A stretch of DNA of 63,250 bases, the filler included, from Ionaspis alba (taxonomy: Eukaryota): NCBI GenBank assembly GCA_964255285.1. It is 2 parts of 2 records of this genome, joined end to end, with 100 filler letters (N's around TTAATTAATTAA, not from the genome) between each part and the next. Parts side by side here need not be neighbours in the genome. Positions count along the whole stretch, not along the records: positions 31,697 to 63,250 come from CAXUUL010000109.1; 1 more part is not named here. One strand, given 5' to 3'. Positions 62,701 to 63,250 of this stretch are shown here, piece by piece. The notes under the pieces were generated by a model that saw nothing but the letters and a program-made list of their open reading frames with translations, was not told the origin of the DNA and did no database searches. Position 1 is the first letter of the stretch. The number at the start of each line of letters is the position of its first letter. The translations under genes were made by a program, and so were the position numbers.

Positions 62701-63158
62701 AGGTGAAAGGTCCCAAACGTACGCCTCTCCAAGTCATTCAACCGCTATGGCTAGCTAGAATTTCTGAGACAAGGATGGACTTAGATATGGATTTGTTATC
62801 AAACTCAATTGGCATGTCGTGCAAACCCAGAATACATTTTGGGAGAACACCCAACAAACGTAAGAACTGAAACTCCAGACTTCAACATTCACCATCCTAG
62901 GCTTCAAAAAGTGATGCATTATTAGTCTATATCACCTCAACCTATTCACACACATCAAGCTTCACTCCCACCCAAACTCGCGCAACTATTCTTACAGAAG
63001 TGTATCGCCTCTGCAACTCATTACCACAGAAAGAAGGAGGAAGCCACTAAAATTGTACAGCAGCAACCCAAAAAAGGAAAATGCAAACCATGCCCGATGC
63101 AAACCACCTCATTAAGCCCTCCAACTCATTTCACCAAACCAACCAACCAACCACATCC

Positions 63159-63250
63159 CTACAACGCAGCAATAACCGCCAACATCGCCGCCCCAACCCC
63201 CGCAAAACCCGCCACCACAGTCGCCGCCCCCCCCTTAAACGGCGTAATAC
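63159..63250 (-). CDS. 3' end of a gene running off the window; GPI-anchor-like C-terminus
   Basis: ITPFKGGAATVVAGFAGVGAAMLAVIAAL* (small residues followed by a hydrophobic tail). Confidence 0.6.
   Translation of the reverse strand, partial: ITPFKGGAATVVAGFAGVGAAMLAVIAAL

Overview
Intron-rich genomic DNA of a filamentous ascomycete (Pezizomycotina: GT-AG introns with CTRAY branch sites). An artificial N44-TTAATTAATTAA-N44 spacer at 31597-31696 splits the window, so the two halves may not be adjacent in the genome; a plain 100-N gap lies at 27620-27719. Left half: a mitochondrial phosphate carrier, a Far1-like RING-PH-vWA gene and a long non-genic stretch. These are followed by an accessory allorecognition/immunity island (~13-27.6 kb) and an F-box/WD40 gene. 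The island holds a HET-domain pseudogene split by a Mutator-like MITE with a perfect 9-bp TSD, and a divergently oriented, intact ~2,290-aa NLR with the unusual order SesB-like hydrolase-NACHT-TPR-ankyrin-ZZ. It also contains AT-rich transposon debris and a decayed gene with NLR-type helical repeats. Right half: housekeeping genes (GLC3, GAPDH, HDA1, old yellow enzyme, PGA1-like, alpha-tubulin, EDE1, SUZ12-like, F-box/LRR-like, F-box-like, EMC7). The strongest leads are the dual-repeat NLR beside a dead HET effector, a SUZ12-like gene that gains a C-terminal PHD finger by splicing, and a double F-box-like ORF starting 17 nt after the PGA1-like stop. Exon structures were read by eye and no database searches were run.
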